Positions 17,202 to 29,080 of a stretch of 64,000 nucleotides of DNA are shown here, piece by piece. Position numbers and translations under genes: made by a program. Source of the stretch: Candidatus Aminicenantales bacterium (GTDB lineage Bacteria > Acidobacteriota > Aminicenantia > Aminicenantales > Saccharicenantaceae); NCBI GenBank assembly GCA_049513915.1, contig JBEKVN010000013.1, forward strand, positions 1,655 through 65,654. The letters run 5' to 3'. Below the pieces are notes generated by a model that worked only from the letters and a program-made list of their open reading frames with translations, was not told where the DNA came from and did no database searches. The stretch's first letter is position 1; every line of letters begins with the position of its first letter.

Positions 17202-17977
17202 TTCTTGCCCAGGAGGGCCATCACTTTCTGCATGTCCTCCCAGACCATGCGCCGGATCTCCCGGTTGCCCTCGTTGCGGATCAAATAGGACGGATGGAAC
17301 GTGGGCATGACGGGGATCCCTTTATAGTCCCCGAACTTCCCCCGGAGGTCGCCCATCGCGGCCCGGCCTGGGACGAAATACTCCGTCGGGGTCTTGCCCA
17401 AAGTGACGATGACCTTGGGCCGGATGAGTTCGATCTGGCGGGCGAGGTAGGACCAGCAGGTCTCGACCTCGTCGCGGCAGGGCACCCGGTTTTCGGGCGG
17501 GCGGCATTTCACGACGTTCGTGATGTAGACCTCGTCCTCCCGGCACTTCATAGCGGCGATGATTTTCCGGAGGAGCTGGCCGGCGCGGCCGACAAACGGC
17601 CGGCCCTGGAGGTCTTCGTCGCGGCCGGGAGCTTCGCCGATGAACATGAGCTCCGTCGACCAGTCGCCTTCACCGGGAACGGCGTTCGTCCGGAGCGTAT
17701 GGAGCCGGCACAGCCGGCAGGCGCGGACCTGGCTTTCGATCTCCGCCGGCGTCCGGGTGTCGGGTGTCGGTTGGGAGGACCACGCCGCGGCGACGGGCTC
17801 GGAAGAGGGGGGGACTGACGGAGACGGCGCTTTCGGCGCGTTCGGCCCTGGACGGCTGCCGGCCCCGGCAGGGGCGTCATTCCTGGCCTTGGCCACGACA
17901 AAGCCCGCGCCGGCCTCCTCCAGAAAACCGACGTGGTCCCGGAGGCCGGCGAGGATCTCAGCGGGGCTTTTTTTCAA
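17198..17977 (-). CDS. Uracil-DNA glycosylase family 4
   Basis: CRLCRL, IGEAPG, PFVGRAG, NVVKCRPPENR, FHPSYL. TTG start at 17977 chosen from a GAGG SD. Confidence 0.92.
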   Translation of the reverse strand: MKKSPAEILAGLRDHVGFLEEAGAGFVVAKARNDAPAGAGSRPGPNAPKAPSPSVPPSSEPVAAAWSSQPTPDTRTPAEIESQVRACRLCRLHTLRTNAVPGEGDWSTELMFIGEAPGRDEDLQGRPFVGRAGQLLRKIIAAMKCREDEVYITNVVKCRPPENRVPCRDEVETCWSYLARQIELIRPKVIVTLGKTPTEYFVPGRAAMGDLRGKFGDYKGIPVMPTFHPSYLIRNEGNREIRRMVWEDMQKVMALLGKK

Positions 17978-19151
17978 GGACGGCCTCGATCTCGTCAAAG
18001 AGGATTCGGCTGATCTCCCGCTTGGTCAGGCGGGGCGTCGCGCGAACGCGGCCGGACGGCTGGATGATCCGGACCTCATTTTCGTCCGACCCGAAGCCCC
18101 GGCCCTCGCCCACCGGGTTGGCCACCATGAGGTCGGCTTTTTTCGCCGCCATTTTTTCGCGGGCGTTCCGGAGAATGTCCCCCGTTTCCGCGGCGAACCC
18201 GACCAGGACCTGGCGCTTCTTTTTCTTCCCGAGCAGGGCCAGGATGTCCTCGGTCTGTTCGATCTCCAAGGCGCCGGCGACTTCGCTCTTCTTCGCTTTC
18301 GCGGGCCGGACGTCCTTGAAACGGAAGTCGGACACGGCGGCGGCCATGAGCACGATGTCCGCCTTCGCGAACGCCCGGAGGACGGCCTCCTTCATTTCGG
18401 CCGCGGTCGTCACTTTTTGGAGCTTCGCGCCCGCGGGGGGCAGGAGCGCAGACGGCCCGGAGACGAGGACCACGTTCGCCCCGCGGCGGAGGGCTTCCGC
18501 GGCCAGTTCGTATCCCATTTTGCCGGATGACGGATTGGAAAGGAACCGGACCGGGTCCATGAACTCCCGGGTCGGCCCGGCGGTGACGAGAACGGTCTTC
18601 CCATTCAGGCTTTCGGTCCGGCCGACGAGAGACAATCCCTCGCGGACGATCTTCTCCGGCTCCGCGAGCCGCCCCCAACCCTCGTCCCCGCAGGCCAAGT
18701 AGCCCTGGTCGGGCGCCACGAATTCGACCCCGATGGCCTTGAGCCCGGCGATGTTGGCCTGGGTCCGGGGGTGAAGATACATGGCCTCGTTCATGGCCGG
18801 GGCAATGAGCACGGGGCAGCGGGCCGCCAAAAAGAGGGTGGACAGAAAATCGTCCGCGACGCCGTGCCAGAACTTGCCGAGGACGTTGGCCGTGGCCGGG
18901 GCGACGCAGAGGAGCGAGATCTCCTTGGCCAGAGAAACGTGGCCGATCGTCCGGGCCCACGGCTCGTCGAAAAGGTCGACGATCGTCTCGAGCCCCGAAA
19001 GGCTGCTGAAGAGCAAGGGAGAGACGAGGCGGGTCGCGTTCCTGGTCATGACGACCTGGACCTGGAGCCCGTTTTTCTGGAATCCCCGCAGAACCTCGCA
19101 GGCCTTATAGATCCCGATGGACGACGAGACACCCAGAGCGATCTTTTTCAT
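17958..19151 (-). CDS. coaBC: Bifunctional phosphopantothenoylcysteine decarboxylase/synthetase
   Basis: APATAN, PAMN, GYLACG, TAGPTRE, DPVRFLSNPSSGKMG, AAVSDF, VGFAAET. Confidence 0.96.
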   Translation of the reverse strand: MKKIALGVSSSIGIYKACEVLRGFQKNGLQVQVVMTRNATRLVSPLLFSSLSGLETIVDLFDEPWARTIGHVSLAKEISLLCVAPATANVLGKFWHGVADDFLSTLFLAARCPVLIAPAMNEAMYLHPRTQANIAGLKAIGVEFVAPDQGYLACGDEGWGRLAEPEKIVREGLSLVGRTESLNGKTVLVTAGPTREFMDPVRFLSNPSSGKMGYELAAEALRRGANVVLVSGPSALLPPAGAKLQKVTTAAEMKEAVLRAFAKADIVLMAAAVSDFRFKDVRPAKAKKSEVAGALEIEQTEDILALLGKKKKRQVLVGFAAETGDILRNAREKMAAKKADLMVANPVGEGRGFGSDENEVRIIQPSGRVRATPRLTKREISRILFDEIEAVLEKKPR

Positions 19152-19789
19152 GGTTTCCCTTTCTTCGCCGCCGGCCGGGAGCGGGGCCGGAAGCTCCGCA
19201 GGACAGGCCCCAGCGTCCCGGCCATGGCGGAGGCGCGGAGCCGCGAGGCCAGGATGACCGACTTGAGCCCCGCCGCGGCTTTCTCGAGGTCGTCATTGAC
19301 GACGACGTAGTCGAACCCAGCGTAGGCGCGGACCTCGGCCGCGGCGTTCCGGAGCCGCCGCGCAATGTCTCCGGGACTGTCCTCTTTTCTCCGGCGAAGG
19401 CGGCGGCGAAGCTCCTCGAACACCGGCGGCATGACGAAGACCTGAATCGCCCGGGGCATCTTCTTCCGGACCTGACGGGCGCCCTGGACGTCGATGTCCA
19501 GGATGACGTCCCCGCGTTTGGCCTTCCGTTCGAGCTCGGCCTTGGACGTTCCATAGAGGTGGCCGTGCACTCTCGCCCACTCGACGAAGCGCCGGGCCCT
19601 GATCATCCGTTCGAAAGCCCTGGGCGTGACGAAGTGGTAGTCGACCCCGTCGGTCTCGGATGGCCGCGGCGCCCGCGTCGTATGGGAGACCGAAAATTCG
19701 AGGTTCGGCAGGTCCCGCCGGACCCGCCTGATGAGGGTCGACTTGCCGCTGCCCGAAGGGCCGCTCACGACGAAGAACATGTGGGCCAC
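19148..19789 (-). CDS. gmk: Guanylate kinase
   Basis: SGPSGSGKST, SHTTRAPR, GVDYHF, YGT, DIDVQG. Confidence 0.95.
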   Translation of the reverse strand: MAHMFFVVSGPSGSGKSTLIRRVRRDLPNLEFSVSHTTRAPRPSETDGVDYHFVTPRAFERMIRARRFVEWARVHGHLYGTSKAELERKAKRGDVILDIDVQGARQVRKKMPRAIQVFVMPPVFEELRRRLRRRKEDSPGDIARRLRNAAAEVRAYAGFDYVVVNDDLEKAAAGLKSVILASRLRASAMAGTLGPVLRSFRPRSRPAAKKGKP

Positions 19790-19862
19790 CTTTCCCCTAT
19801 CAGGAATACGGGACATGAACCAAATCTCCTGATTTGGTATCGTGTCCCGCGAATTCCGTTAT

Positions 19863-20741
19863 TCATTCTATGTTTTGAATATGCTGCCGGATGGTCTCGA
19901 GCTCGTTCTTGATTCCCAGGCACTCCTTGGTGATCAGGATGTCCTGTGATTTCGAGCTCAGGGTGTTCGCCTCCCGGTAGAGCTCCTGGGCCAGGAAGTC
20001 CAGTTTTTTCCCCGCGGGCTCCGTCCCGCGCGGGGACACCAGGCTCCGGAGGGTGTCGAGGTGCGTCTTCAGCCGGAGGATCTCCTCGCCCAGGTCGTAG
20101 CGCTGGGCCATGAACGAAGCCTCCTCCGCCAACCGCCCCTCCGAAACGACGGCGTTGTGGTTGAGGTCGCGGAGCCGCTTCTTCAGCCTGGACTGGAGGC
20201 GGCCCGGCTGTTTTCGGAAGCGGCCCTCGATCCGGGCCACGTCCCCCCGGATATTCCGGATGTGGGCCTGGATCTGGCGGGAGGTTTCCCGGCCCTCCCT
20301 CGCCCTCAGCCGGACGACTTCCTCGACCGTCCGGAGAAAACTCTGCTCGAGGAAACGGGCCTCGGCGGCGTCGAGCCCTTTCCGGCTGAGCTCGACGAGT
20401 TGGGGGACGCGGAAAATGCTGTCCAGGGAGATCTCCAGGCGACGCCCGGTCCTCCGGGAAACGCGGTCGAGGGACGCCAGGATCTTCTCGAGCAGCCCTT
20501 CGTTGATCGAGAAATTCCAGCTCCGGGGGCTGAGGGAGACCATGTCCAGATAGACTTCGACGCGGCCCCGGCGGATTTTTTTCTGGCAGATCGTCCGGAG
20601 CCGGTTTTCCCATTCGCCGATGGGCGCGCCCTTGTACGACCAGTCGAAAAAGCGGTGGTTGAGCGTCTTGACGCTGATCTTCAACCGCAGGGACGGCGAC
20701 GCGAAATTCTTCTCGGCGAAACCCGTCATGCCTTGAATCAT
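19863..20741 (-). CDS. yicC: YicC/YloC family endoribonuclease
   Basis: GMTGF, LNHRFFD, RRGRVE, EEILRL, GKKLDFLAQELYREANT, IQNIE. Directly upstream of gmk. Confidence 0.93.
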   Translation of the reverse strand: MIQGMTGFAEKNFASPSLRLKISVKTLNHRFFDWSYKGAPIGEWENRLRTICQKKIRRGRVEVYLDMVSLSPRSWNFSINEGLLEKILASLDRVSRRTGRRLEISLDSIFRVPQLVELSRKGLDAAEARFLEQSFLRTVEEVVRLRAREGRETSRQIQAHIRNIRGDVARIEGRFRKQPGRLQSRLKKRLRDLNHNAVVSEGRLAEEASFMAQRYDLGEEILRLKTHLDTLRSLVSPRGTEPAGKKLDFLAQELYREANTLSSKSQDILITKECLGIKNELETIRQHIQNIE

Positions 20742-20759
20742 CGGCTGAGCTCCTCGGTG

Positions 20760-21788
20760 TCAGGTTATCTTGAAGAGAGACCGGGCGATCCCGTAAGCAT
20801 TGTGGGCCGAACCCAGGGTCAGGTTGTCGGCCACGGCCCAGATCCAGAACCCGCCCGGGACGGAATCGGCCTTCTTGATCTGGCCGACGAAGACCTTGTC
20901 TTTCCCGGCCACGCTCACGGCGGAGATGAGGCCCGGGCCGCCGGCGGCGGTGAGCTCGACCGCGTCCGTTCCGCGGAACGCGGCCTCGAGGTCGGCGATC
21001 GCCGCGTCCGTCTTGAGTTCGACGTAGATCATGATCGAATATGTATGGAACACGGGAGCGAGGACGATGGACAGGGACAGCGGGAAGTTCGCCGGGGCGA
21101 GGACCCTCCGGACCTCGGCCAGGATGCGCGCCTCCCGCGCCGAATAACCGTCGCGGCCCGCCTTTTCCGTCCGGGACAGGATGTTGAACGCCACCTGATC
21201 GTGGAAAAACTTCTTGGGCACGGGCGAGCCGCTGAGCAGGGCAAAGCTCTGGTCGGCGAGTTCCTGGATGCCCGCCTCTTCGAAGATCGAAACCGGCTCG
21301 AGGACGAAGGCCAGGGCCTTGGCGATCCCGAAGGCCGGGTCGAGGGCGTGGAGGAGATGGGAAAGGATGATCGTCACGGGGTTCGGGTTGGCGATCAGCG
21401 GGAACTTTTGACGGCGGATCCCGGCGTCGTTGACGCCGGACACGATGAGCGGGACCTCCTCCCGGTCGTTGAAGGTCTCGGCCAGGTCGATGGCCCGGTA
21501 GCCCAGGGCCGCCGCGCACTCGCCGTACTCGGTGTTCGTCCGGGGATCGGAGGCCAGGAAAACCAGGTCCAGCCCGGTCAGGGCCTTGCGGTCCAGATGG
21601 TGGACAACCTTGGGCTCGTCCCGGAATTGCGTCAGCTTGCTGAACTCTTCTTCCACGTCGGGGTCGTAGAATTCAAGGGACTTGAGCGGAAATTTCTTGG
21701 CGCCGAGGACGCTCCGGATCTCCCGCCCCCGCAGGGTCTCCGACCCGACCAGCGCGAAACAGAGCTTTTTCTTCTGCGGGGCGGCCAC
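20760..21788 (-). CDS. Aspartate-semialdehyde dehydrogenase-like (Usg-type) protein lacking the catalytic Cys/His
   Basis: VPLIVSGVN, IANPNP, QVAFNIL, PVFHTYS, WAVADNL...AHNA. Confidence 0.85.
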   Translation of the reverse strand: MAAPQKKKLCFALVGSETLRGREIRSVLGAKKFPLKSLEFYDPDVEEEFSKLTQFRDEPKVVHHLDRKALTGLDLVFLASDPRTNTEYGECAAALGYRAIDLAETFNDREEVPLIVSGVNDAGIRRQKFPLIANPNPVTIILSHLLHALDPAFGIAKALAFVLEPVSIFEEAGIQELADQSFALLSGSPVPKKFFHDQVAFNILSRTEKAGRDGYSAREARILAEVRRVLAPANFPLSLSIVLAPVFHTYSIMIYVELKTDAAIADLEAAFRGTDAVELTAAGGPGLISAVSVAGKDKVFVGQIKKADSVPGGFWIWAVADNLTLGSAHNAYGIARSLFKIT

Positions 21789-21797
21789 GGGACTTCC

Positions 21798-22019
21798 CTA
21801 CCGGGTTTTCTCGTGCTCCAGCATGAGCTGGTACATCCGGTCCTTGAGGACCAGCTTCCGTTTCTTGATTTCCCGTTCGGCCAGGGCGTCGGCCTCGGTC
21901 ACGTAGCTCTTCAGGCGGAGCTTTTCGAGTTCGAGCTCGCAGGTCCGGTGGTCCTCGAAAGTCTTCCGGAATTCCCCGCTGTCCCTTAGGAGGATCTCTT
22001 TCAGTTCGTGTTCGTTCAT
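21798..22019 (-). CDS. Small helical-hairpin protein, YdcH/DUF465 family
   Basis: EFRKTFEDH...EIKKRKLVLKDRM pattern. Preceded by TTGAAA-17-TATTCT. Confidence 0.75.
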   Translation of the reverse strand: MNEHELKEILLRDSGEFRKTFEDHRTCELELEKLRLKSYVTEADALAEREIKKRKLVLKDRMYQLMLEHEKTR

Positions 22020-22089
22020 CCGCCTGCTCCACGGCCAGAATAACATAACGACCGGGGCATTTCAATTTGCCGTCGGCGCTCGAGCAGGA

Positions 22090-22118
22090 TTGACTTCCCG
22101 GGGGGGGATTATTATACT
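22090..22118 (+). promoter_or_regulatory. Sigma70 promoter of tRNA-Phe
   Basis: TTGACT-17-TATACT followed by a GC-rich stretch. Confidence 0.8.
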
Positions 22119-22149
22119 AATTGGGCCCTCCGGCGGTTCCGGAGGCCAT

Positions 22150-22222
22150 GGCTAGGTAGCTCAGTCGGTAGAGCGAAGGACTGAAAATCCTTGCGTCGGC
22201 GGTTCGATTCCGTCCCTAGCCA
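22150..22222 (+). tRNA. tRNA-Phe(GAA), CCA not encoded
   Basis: GGCTAGG/CCTAGCC acceptor stem, GCTC/GAGC D stem, AAGGA-CTGAAAA-TCCTT anticodon arm, GGTTCGATTCC T arm. Confidence 0.97.
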
Positions 22223-22227
22223 TTTTT

Positions 22228-24846
<2,619 letters not shown>

Positions 24847-24877
24847 GATGCGCCTCCCGGTCCCTTCTCGTTCTACT

Positions 24878-24906
24878 ATTTAAGCGCCCGCCGCCCGGAC
24901 TGTCAA
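24878..24906 (-). promoter_or_regulatory. Sigma70-type promoter of clpB
   Basis: TTGACA-17-TTAAAT on the minus strand. A divergent TTGACA sits at 24935. Confidence 0.55.
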
Positions 24907-24981
24907 GCGGCAGAGCCGGCCGCCGCGCGCCCCCTTGACAAACAGGAAAAAATCGATATTTATTCATGGTAGGAGTTGTTC

Positions 24982-25320
24982 ATGGAAGAGTTGGAAATCG
25001 GAAGCTGGATGACCCTCGACGCCATCAAGAAGTCCAAGGCCGTGGAAATCGTCGAGTCGGTCGGAAATCTGCAAACAGACCACAACATGTCCGTCTTCTG
25101 CGTCATCGAAGACGATTACCTCGAACTCTGTTACAGCGACTCCGCGGCCAACTCCCTGCGGCGTTTCGAAGATCGCGACGAATTCGAGAGGGCCCTCGAG
25201 GAGCGGAAAGAGGACGCGGGGGAAGCGCCCCCCGATGCCGACGAGGACCGGGACTACGACGAGGACGACGACGACGATGAGGCGGAATTCGACGTCGAGG
25301 ACGAATCCGAAGCCTATTGA
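24982..25320 (+). CDS. Hypothetical highly acidic protein
   Basis: AGGAG SD at 24971, host-like codon usage, fills the clpB-mutS gap, Asp/Glu-rich tail. Confidence 0.75.
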   Translation: MEELEIGSWMTLDAIKKSKAVEIVESVGNLQTDHNMSVFCVIEDDYLELCYSDSAANSLRRFEDRDEFERALEERKEDAGEAPPDADEDRDYDEDDDDDEAEFDVEDESEAY

Positions 25321-27953
25321 GGCTTGAGGCCGGGCCTCAAGCGGTCTTTGAGGCCGCCGAGGATATTCAGAGCTTCGAGGGGGGTGAGTGAGGGGAGGTC
25401 GAGCTCCTCGATTTCACTTCTCAATTCCTTGAGCAGGGCGAACTCGCGGTCCTCCGCGAAGAGCAGGAGCTGATTCCGGTCCTGCTCCTGCCGCGTCCGG
25501 TAAGCCAACCGGGGCACGCCGGCCTCGTCGAGCTCCTGCTTTTCCAGGTTGAACAAAATCTCCCGGGCGCGGTCGATCACCGCGCGCGGGATGCCGGCCA
25601 GCTTGGCGACGTGGATGCCGTAGCTCTGGTCGGAGGGTCCGGGCAGGATCTTCCTCAGGAACAGGACCTCGTCCTGCCATTCCTTGACCGCGACGTGGTA
25701 GTTCTTGATCCTCTTCAGCGTCAAGGCGAGCTCGGTCAGCTCGTGGTAATGGGTGGCGAAGAGGGTCTTGGCCCGCAGGCCTTCCCTCTCGTGGAGGAAT
25801 TCGGCCACGGCCCAGGCGATGCTCAGCCCGTCAAAGGTGCTCGTGCCCCGGCCGACCTCGTCGAGAAGGATCAGGCTCCGGGACGTCGCGTTGTGGAGGA
25901 TGCTGGCCGTCTCCAGCATCTCGACCATGAACGTGGACTGGCCGACGCTCAGAAAATCCATGGCCCCGATCCGGGTGAAGATCCTGTCGACGAGCCCCAG
26001 GGTCGCCGCTTTCGCCGGCACGAAGGAGCCCATCTGGCCGAGGATGGCGATCAGGGCGACTTGTCGGAGGTAGGTCGACTTCCCGCCCATGTTGGGCCCG
26101 GTGATGATCAGGATCTGGTTGTCCCCGCCGTCGATCTCGGTATCGTTCGGGATGAATGGCTCGCCCTGGCTCGTTTCGATGACCGGGTGGCGGCCCTCCC
26201 GGATGACGATGGCGTCGCCGTCGTTGACCTCGGGCCGGACGTAATTTCTCCGGGCCGCGCACTCGGCCAGGGCTAGCAGGACGTCCAGGCAAGCGACGTC
26301 GGCCGCGACCCGCTGGAGCCGGTGGGTCTCGCGCGCGACCGCCTCGCGGACCTCCAAAAAGAGCTGGTGCTCGAGGACGCCGATCCGTTCCTCGGCGTAG
26401 AGGACCTTCTCCTCGTAGTCCTTAAGCTCGGGGGTCAGGAAGCGTTCGGAACCGACGAGGGTTTGTTTCCGCATGTAGTCCGGAGGAACCTGGGGCAAGT
26501 TGGGTTTGGTCACCTCGATGTAATAGCCGAAGACCTTGTTGTAGCGGACCTTGAGCGACCCGATCCCCGTCCTCTCCCGCTCGCGTTTCTCCATCTGGGC
26601 GATGAACGTCTTCCCCGAACGGCTGACGGACCGCAGGTCGTCGAGCTCGGCGTTGTGCCCGTCCTTGATGATCCCGCCGTCCGTTAGAAGGAACGCGGGC
26701 TCGTCCAGGATGGACCGGTCGATGAGCCTGGCGACGTCGCCGGCGCTGTCCCAGCGGCCGAGGATCTCCCTGAAGAGCTTGGCCGCGAACGGGCCCAGCC
26801 CTTCCTGGATCGCGGGAAGCGGGGCCAGAGACTTCTTGAGGGCCACGAGGTCGCGCGGATTGGCCGCCGCGAGGGAGACCTTGCCCACCAGCCTTTCCAG
26901 GTCATGGACCGCCGCGACGAGCTCGCGGAGCGTCTGGCGTCCGATGGTCTGTCGCAGGGCCTCTTCGCACGCGTCGAGCCGGTCACATATGCCGGCCGCG
27001 TCGAATAATGGCTGAAGGAGCCAAGCCCGGAGCAGCCGCCCGCCAGGCGCGGAGACGGTGAAGTCGATGACGTCGACCAGGGAATCCTTGACCCGTCCAT
27101 CGCGGAGGTTGCGGATGAGCTCCAGGTTGCGGATCGTCACGGCGTCGAGGCTGAGGCGGTCGCCTGAATGGAGATAGGAGATGCGGTCGACGAGGGCCAG
27201 GGAATCCCGGCGGACCTTTTTCATATAATAAAGGAGGGCGCCCGAGGCGGAGACGGCCCGGTTCTTCCCCGCGAGCCCGAAGCCGGCCAGCGATTTGGCC
27301 TTGAAATGCTCCATGAGGACTTGGCTGGCCTGCGGATAATCGAAAAGCCAGGGTTCGGCCGGGCTCCGGGGGACCGAGCCGAGGCCGTTCGCGGCGAGGA
27401 CGCGGGTGAGCATCTCCTCGGCGCCTTCCGCGAAGAGGATCTCCCTGGGGGCGGCTCTGAACATCTCGTCGGCCAGGGACTTCAAGTCCGGCCATTCGCC
27501 CTCGAGCGTGAACATCTCCCCGGACATGAGGTCGGCTAGGGCCAGCCCCCAGCCCTGCGGCTCGAGGTCGAGCGAGGCGATGACCATGCGCTCCTTGGCG
27601 TCGTCCCCGTCGATTTCGACGGCCGTGCCCGGGGTCAGGACCTTGATGACCTCACGCTTGACGACGCCCTTGGCCGACCTCGGGTCCTCGACCTGCTCGC
27701 AAATGGCGACCTTGTGGCCGAGGCGCAGGAGCTTGGTCAGGTAGGAGTTCACGGCGTGGTACGGGACGCCGCACATGGGGACTTTTTGCCGGGAGGTCAG
27801 GGCCAGCCCGAGGAGCGGGGCGGCGCGCTTGGCGTCCTCGTAAAACATCTCGTAAAAATCGCCCAGGCGGTAAAAGAGGAAGGCGTCCTTGTGCTCGCCC
27901 TTGATCCGAAAATATTGCTCCATCATCGGAGTCAGGGAAGTGTCGTTGGCCAT
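25314..27953 (-). CDS. mutS: DNA mismatch repair protein MutS
   Basis: TPMMEQY, GDFYEMF, TGPNMGGKST, STFMVEM, DEVGRGT, ATHYHEL, SYGIHVA. Confidence 0.97.
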   Translation of the reverse strand: MANDTSLTPMMEQYFRIKGEHKDAFLFYRLGDFYEMFYEDAKRAAPLLGLALTSRQKVPMCGVPYHAVNSYLTKLLRLGHKVAICEQVEDPRSAKGVVKREVIKVLTPGTAVEIDGDDAKERMVIASLDLEPQGWGLALADLMSGEMFTLEGEWPDLKSLADEMFRAAPREILFAEGAEEMLTRVLAANGLGSVPRSPAEPWLFDYPQASQVLMEHFKAKSLAGFGLAGKNRAVSASGALLYYMKKVRRDSLALVDRISYLHSGDRLSLDAVTIRNLELIRNLRDGRVKDSLVDVIDFTVSAPGGRLLRAWLLQPLFDAAGICDRLDACEEALRQTIGRQTLRELVAAVHDLERLVGKVSLAAANPRDLVALKKSLAPLPAIQEGLGPFAAKLFREILGRWDSAGDVARLIDRSILDEPAFLLTDGGIIKDGHNAELDDLRSVSRSGKTFIAQMEKRERERTGIGSLKVRYNKVFGYYIEVTKPNLPQVPPDYMRKQTLVGSERFLTPELKDYEEKVLYAEERIGVLEHQLFLEVREAVARETHRLQRVAADVACLDVLLALAECAARRNYVRPEVNDGDAIVIREGRHPVIETSQGEPFIPNDTEIDGGDNQILIITGPNMGGKSTYLRQVALIAILGQMGSFVPAKAATLGLVDRIFTRIGAMDFLSVGQSTFMVEMLETASILHNATSRSLILLDEVGRGTSTFDGLSIAWAVAEFLHEREGLRAKTLFATHYHELTELALTLKRIKNYHVAVKEWQDEVLFLRKILPGPSDQSYGIHVAKLAGIPRAVIDRAREILFNLEKQELDEAGVPRLAYRTRQEQDRNQLLLFAEDREFALLKELRSEIEELDLPSLTPLEALNILGGLKDRLRPGLKPQ

Positions 27954-27967
27954 TGTGGAACCCCCTC

Positions 27968-27996
27968 ACTATACCGAGGCTCCGCCCAATTTTCAA
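27968..27996 (-). promoter_or_regulatory. Sigma70 promoter of mutS
   Basis: TTGAAA-17-TATAGT. Confidence 0.7.
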
Positions 27997-28002
27997 GAAA
28001 AG

Positions 28003-28484
28003 GTCGGACGGGTCCTGTCACGGCGCGCTTCTGGAAAGGGCCTCGGGGATGGCTTCCACTCCAGAGCGCGGTTTTTCACGCCGCAAGAATCGCGCCCTTC
28101 TCGGCACCAAAACAACTCGCTTGGCGTGCGCTACGCCAAGCTCAAACAAGTTTTGGCGGTTCCCCCTGGAACTTCCTTCGAAGGTCGCGATTCTCGGGCT
28201 AAACCGCGCATGACGTTCCAGCCATTCCCCGCGGCCCCGTCCTAAGCGCCGGGAGACCCCCCGCTTTCGGACGGGTGGCCCGGCGGTGCTCTCCGACGGA
28301 CGAGCGGAAGGGGATTGCGCGCGAGCGCTGGGGGGTCCAGGGGGCGGCTTCCCCCCGGTCCGAGGAAGGCTTCCGGCAGCCGAGGAGGGGAGGTTCGGGA
28401 GGGGGAACTTGCCCCTCCGCCCCACGGGGGGATGGGTGGAGCGAAGTCCGCTCGGAGACACCGCTGGGACAGGACCCGTCCGAC
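28003..28484. mobile_element. MITE/REPIN-like element with perfect 17-bp terminal inverted repeats (alpha rod + gamma module)
   Basis: gtcggacgggtcctgtc (28003-28019) / gacaggacccgtccgac (28468-28484). The left half is homologous to 7006-7216. Confidence 0.8.
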
Positions 28485-28537
28485 GGCGGCATTTGTGCGA
28501 TTGACAAATCGCGGAAAGCTATAGTAATCTCGACCCC

Positions 28538-29080
28538 GTGAACGCGCCGAATTATCTGACCCTGGCCCGGATACTGGCCATCCCGGCGCTCGTCGCCGTC
28601 CTTCTCACGGACTTCCAAGGCCGAGACATCGTAGGCACGGCGATTTTTGTCTTCGCCTCGCTCACCGACTGGCTGGACGGTTACCTGGCCCGAAAACGGG
28701 GGCAGGTCACGGTCATGGGTCAGCTCCTGGACCCGACGGCCGACAAGCTGCTCATCACGTCCGCCATCATCTGTCTCGTGAAACTCGGCCGCGTCCCGGC
28801 CTGGGCGGCGGTCGTCATCATCGGGCGGGAGCTGGCCGTTTCGGGGTTCCGGGCGATCGCCTCGTCCAAAGGGCTGCATATTCCGGCCTCGGGACTGGGG
28901 AAGGCCAAAATGGGCATCGAATCCTGGGCCATCGGCGCCCTGATCCTCGGCCCGATCTACTTCGGAAGGCTTTACATCCTCGCCCAGATCGGGCTCTGGC
29001 TGGTTATCGTCGCAGCTCTCGCCTCGGCCGCCGAATATTACGTCCGGTACGGACCGCAGGTCCTCTCAAAGCAGCCCTGA
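28538..29080 (+). CDS. pgsA: CDP-diacylglycerol--glycerol-3-phosphate 3-phosphatidyltransferase
   Basis: PNYLTLARI, TDWLDGYLAR...GQLLDPTADK, IIGRELAVSGFR. Confidence 0.95.
   Translation: MNAPNYLTLARILAIPALVAVLLTDFQGRDIVGTAIFVFASLTDWLDGYLARKRGQVTVMGQLLDPTADKLLITSAIICLVKLGRVPAWAAVVIIGRELAVSGFRAIASSKGLHIPASGLGKAKMGIESWAIGALILGPIYFGRLYILAQIGLWLVIVAALASAAEYYVRYGPQVLSKQP

Noticed and set aside
22150-22222. tRNA as an integration site for a prophage or island
   Set aside because: No integrase and no duplicated tRNA 3' end seen; the flanks are housekeeping genes.
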